This document shows, in pieces, positions 53,915 to 55,452 of a stretch of 55,452 bases of DNA. The translations under genes were made by a program, and so were the position numbers. Below the pieces are notes generated by a model, which ran no database searches, was not told the DNA's origin, and saw only the letters and a program-made list of their open reading frames with translations. The stretch covers positions 1-55,452 of the IMG/VR virus record IMGVR_UViG_3300036859_000051. One strand, given 5' to 3'. The stretch is from a virus. Lineage: Duplodnaviria > Caudoviricetes. Each line of letters opens with the position of its first letter. Positions within the stretch are counted from its first letter, which is position 1.

Positions 53915-54360
53915 TTCTTCCGCTTCATGCTCAACGGTACGATCACACCGACCGTGTAAAAGCCATTCGTGGCGGGTCCGATGATCCCGGTGTTGTCTGC
54001 GCTCGGATCGGCGACGACTTCACCGTTCAACACGATAACCGCGTGGTTATTGCCGCGTCGCGACAAACCACATAGTACGATATACGTGTCTCGATACATG
54101 AACTTAATGCTTTCGAGCATCCAACGAACAGTTGGAACCGCCTTGCCATTAAAATGCGTTTCGGACCAAGCCAAACCGCGCAAGGCTAAAAAAGTGTCGA
54201 CCGCCGTCCAACTCGCTTGAATATCACGATTTCCAGTTTCAAAAAAATGCGGAACATCGGTAATCGGTAAATCAAGTAGCGACGCCATCACCGCACGAAA
54301 ACAATCCCCATACGTTCCGTTTGCCGGATCATGTGCGACGGTTGTTTTGATTGGCGTCAT
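53911..54360 (-). CDS. Putative papain/C39-like cysteine peptidase
   Basis: GDC..A..ASLL, NHAVIV, V.DP (possible Cys-His-Asp triad). Confidence 0.5.
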   Translation of the reverse strand: MTPIKTTVAHDPANGTYGDCFRAVMASLLDLPITDVPHFFETGNRDIQASWTAVDTFLALRGLAWSETHFNGKAVPTVRWMLESIKFMYRDTYIVLCGLSRRGNNHAVIVLNGEVVADPSADNTGIIGPATNGFYTVGVIVPLSMKRKK

Positions 54361-54962
54361 TTGATCCACTCCGGAACTGTTGCGGGTTCGATCCCATCGC
54401 TTTTGCTGAGGAACACGCCTAACCAATTCGGATCAACAGTGTCGCGACAAATGATCGGTTGACTGTCGTCAAATAGACGCGGCAAAACAATCCGACCCGA
54501 TGGTGCGGCGCGAGCCATCAACGCCAAATCGTCCGGATTGAATACGATGGAGCCCACAGCTTTTTTCGGTGTCTCAGGAATGAGACCGCGCCACTCCGGG
54601 TATTGACCGATCACCATTGCATTGCCCGGATAAAAATAACCCGTTGTGATCGTCGCGACCGCCCAACTTTCCGACACGATGTTGATTTCTAATCGACCAT
54701 CGTTAGCCATTGCCAGATTACAAGGATTAATCAAATCAAGAGTGATATTAACCGACCCATCCGGTTCAGCAACATTCTTGTCGATTAACTCACACACCAA
54801 GATTTTGTGATTGCTCGCAACAACCAACCGTTTACCGTTTCGATGCTCGACACGGACGCTCCGCAACATGTCAATCGGTGACTTGATTTCTTCATCCGGT
54901 CCGGACCGCAGCGCGGCAACACTCAACCGGGCGAAAACATCGGCGGGGATGATGAACGTCAT
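54357..54962 (-). CDS. Sliding-clamp (beta)-like protein
   Basis: LRSVRVE.....VVASNHKIL and GQYPEWRGLIP resemble beta-clamp L.GV..E...VATDGHRL and G.FPDY..VIP. Confidence 0.55.
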   Translation of the reverse strand: MTFIIPADVFARLSVAALRSGPDEEIKSPIDMLRSVRVEHRNGKRLVVASNHKILVCELIDKNVAEPDGSVNITLDLINPCNLAMANDGRLEINIVSESWAVATITTGYFYPGNAMVIGQYPEWRGLIPETPKKAVGSIVFNPDDLALMARAAPSGRIVLPRLFDDSQPIICRDTVDPNWLGVFLSKSDGIEPATVPEWIK

Positions 54963-54990
54963 GTGAATTGGTTTCCGGATTTGACCGCAG

Positions 54991-55033
54991 TGTTAGAATT
55001 TCGCTTGACGGGTTGTCAACACCTATCTAAAAC
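54991..55033. promoter_or_regulatory. Overlapping divergent promoters for the two replication arms
   Basis: TTGAC-GGGTT-GTCAA (55005-55019) provides a -35 on each strand; TAAAAC lies 17 bp downstream on +. Confidence 0.55.
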
Positions 55034-55063
55034 CAATTGCCCTAACCGAAAGGATTTTTTCGC

Positions 55064-55452
55064 ATGAAATATACCATGACGATTGAAGGTGATCCGTCGC
55101 AATCTCGCGACCGGCGCGTTCTCCGTGAATTGATGGCGCTGTTGCATGGATCGACCGCGACCGGATTAACGGCTGATCTTCCCGGCTCAGCCGGTTTCGA
55201 TATGACCACGTCACCAATCCCTGATCCCAATCCCGACGACGTTGACGACGACGAAGCCGAGACACTACCCGTCGCAAACGTCGCGCCCGGTGAAGTCGAT
55301 AGTTCCGGCTTGCCTTGGGATGCTCGCATTCATTCCGGCAAAAAGAGCAAGACGGAAACGGGAACTTGGCGCAAACGCAAGGGTATCGGCGACGACTATT
55401 TCAAGGCCATCGAAGCGGAATTGCGCGCTCGCGGGATTGCCGCAATTCATAC
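55064..55452 (+). CDS. 5' part of the junction-spanning protein (continues to 488)
   Basis: SD AAGGA; MKYTMTIEG...DSSGLPWDARIHS.......GTWR. Confidence 0.85.
   Translation, partial: MKYTMTIEGDPSQSRDRRVLRELMALLHGSTATGLTADLPGSAGFDMTTSPIPDPNPDDVDDDEAETLPVANVAPGEVDSSGLPWDARIHSGKKSKTETGTWRKRKGIGDDYFKAIEAELRARGIAAIH
55326..55452. repeat. 127-bp direct terminal repeat, right copy
   Basis: Identical to 1-127. Confidence 0.95.

Overview
The window is an apparently complete, circularly permuted 55,325-bp dsDNA tailed phage genome. Bases 1-127 equal 55326-55452, and a gene reads through that join. The gene content points to a siphovirus-like phage, probably virulent (no integrase seen). An alphaproteobacterial host is inferred from CTTGAC..TATAT-type promoters and the gene content. 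Replication genes are a DUF2800/Cas4-like nuclease, SSB, family-B DNA polymerase, primase-helicase, SF2 helicase, VRR-NUC nuclease and a clamp-like protein. A long minus-strand late region runs TerS, TerL, portal, scaffold, capsid, connectors, tail, two paralogous fibres and lysis genes. It is interrupted three times by plus-strand islands of small genes driven by repeated sigma70 promoter cassettes. Main candidates for new biology: (1) a shared N-terminal leader motif on portal, scaffold, capsid and a small DNA-binding protein, with no prohead protease gene; (2) a ~200-nt structured non-coding element behind the lysis genes; (3) repeated promoter/RBS modules with a conserved CGCGTCGACCG spacer; (4) a mini protein kinase and a PLA2-like gene inserted between TerS and TerL; (5) a stand-alone Spo11/TopoVI-A-like gene. 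All family calls come from motif recognition by eye and synteny; no searches were run.
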